This document shows, piece after piece, positions 62,285-64,000 of a DNA stretch of 64,000 bases. The DNA comes from Mobula hypostoma. Taxonomy: Eukaryota. Position numbers and translations under genes: made by a program. Numbering within the stretch: the stretch's first letter is position 1; every line of letters starts with the position of its first letter. A model generated the notes under the pieces. It saw only the letters and a program-made list of their open reading frames with translations, had not been told where the DNA came from and searched no databases. The stretch lies in contig NC_086109.1 of assembly GCF_963921235.1 (NCBI RefSeq), forward strand, positions 32,304,001-32,368,000, read 5' to 3'.

Positions 62285-64000
62285 CTACAAATATGAAGAT
62301 CCAATTTGAAACATTTATTTCTGGTTAACTCTATTACCATTTATTTTAAATAGTAAGCTAAACATTAACTTAGATTTCAGTGTATTACAATTGCTACATT
62401 CTATTCCATTGGTTTTAAGTAGGCTTTGTCTCATTATTAATGAGAAAGGAGCTCATTCCACTTTCATTGTCAGTACAAGCCAAAGGATTTAACTGTATTG
62501 TGCAACAAAAATTAGTCCAGTTGCAATTTAGAAAGAGAAGCCCTCAACCCACAGCGAAATATCCAAACAACCACAAGTCAATAAATGGTAAGGAATAAGC
62601 AGAGATAAATTTGATGGTCATTCAAACCAACATTTCCTCCCATTAAAAGTTTCTGAAGAGAAGCAGGTAAGATCTGACATAAAGAGGATTGCTTAAGCTA
62701 ATTGGATGAATCATATTTGGGTAATGTAGATTACTGATATACTTAATACCATACTGCCTTATTTTCAGAACAGAGGATTAGACATGACAAAGCAGAATTG
62801 GTGATAAGATGTAGAATTTTGTATCCTGAGTCATATCCAAAATGTTAATAACTTTTTAGTATCTTAATTGACTAGTTCAGAACTCCTTGCAAAATTTTCA
62901 AATAATAAAACTGCAACCAAGATATACATTTACTTAAAAATTGATATGCAGTTTAATTTAATAGATAACAAAAAAATTATTTTTATCCAGCTTTTATTTC
63001 AGCTAATACAAATTCAGTATGATCCAGCCACTTTTAATTTCATTGGTTATCATTTTTAAATAAGAGCATGTCAAAACTGGGATCTGCTATCCTGCGAAAT
63101 ATCTTGGTAGAAAGGCTGAATTTCACTGCAGTAATACGTGCAATAAATGAAATACTAATGGAAAAAAGTTTATGGAGTGGAATAAAATCAGAATTTCAAA
63201 GATCTAGTTGTAATTCACTATCTGCAAATCCTCTGAAGATAGAAATCTAAGAAGCACATTCTTCTGTGACAAGTCCCTTATATTCCCTTCTGATGACTGA
63301 TTTCATTGACTTAGAACAAATATCAGGAAAGAAATAATATGGGCAGTCAATGCTACAAATAGACTTTTAGTCTATTTTCCATTATTCTTTATACTGGAAC
63401 TAATGGTTCATTTTCCCAGTAGACTCAATGATACCAATCATAAATTTTCATGGGAATACTTGTTGCAGTTTACAAAAAAAGTTGTTAGACAACTGATATT
63501 GCCAAGCAACAGGATATTTACGCCCACACCAACTTTGCAAGAACAAGAATTTGTGATTGTGCAATACTGTATATAATCAATATACCAAGGAGTATTCCTG
63601 GGGCAGAATAAGACTATGCATACTAAGATTTCTGGCTTTCTCAGTCAGAATCTGGTGAATATAAAAGACACAAAAGAGGAGAACAGTGAATTGCAGCATA
63701 AAGGACTTTATCTGAATACAAGTGGGACTTGAATGATGGGAGAGGATGCCACATGTCCATGTTTAGTAAAGCCACAAAGGCAGGTGGTCAAAATGAAGGA
63801 GAAAGTGACAGATTGAGTAAAAGGGAAAAGTAAAATAGATGGGGTTGAATATAGACACATGCCCCTTGACTCACACCCCGACTCCATATTCAGAAATGAA
63901 TATGCCTAACATTTATGAGCTATAATAAAATTAAACTTCTACATTGCAGTTTGGCCTCACACAGGATTCTGGAAACCCAGCACCGAGGGGGAGCTGTGAA

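Overview
Eukaryotic, repeat-rich vertebrate DNA. The repeat set (CR1 with SGNH ORF1, Rex1/Babar, hammerhead-bearing Penelope, V-SINE/HE1-like SINEs) and the slowly evolved proteins suggest a cartilaginous fish, probably a ray; this is inference. Two host genes lie on the minus strand in the order MAPK13 then BRPF3, as in human. (i) The last six exons of a p38 MAP kinase (62284 to 43290) have exon lengths of 115/72/80/79/174/77 nt and one U12-type intron. (ii) The 5' end of BRPF3 has a CpG-island promoter (~35.0-36.3 kb), a probable non-coding exon 1 and a 1.4-kb coding exon 2 (EPC-N/PZP region). Most of the rest is nested transposon debris. The most notable points are: the BRPF3-linked (delta-position) p38 ends in KETSL, a PDZ-binding tail normally diagnostic of p38-gamma; two fold-back Tc1 derivatives bracket BRPF3 exon 2; minimal hammerhead ribozymes sit in Penelope termini; there is a Sleeping Beauty-type relic; and there is a phased triple-CCAAT promoter module. 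No CRISPR or prokaryotic system is present, and I cannot claim a proven novel system from sequence alone. Exon coordinates were counted by hand to splice sites; repeat boundaries without TSDs are approximate.
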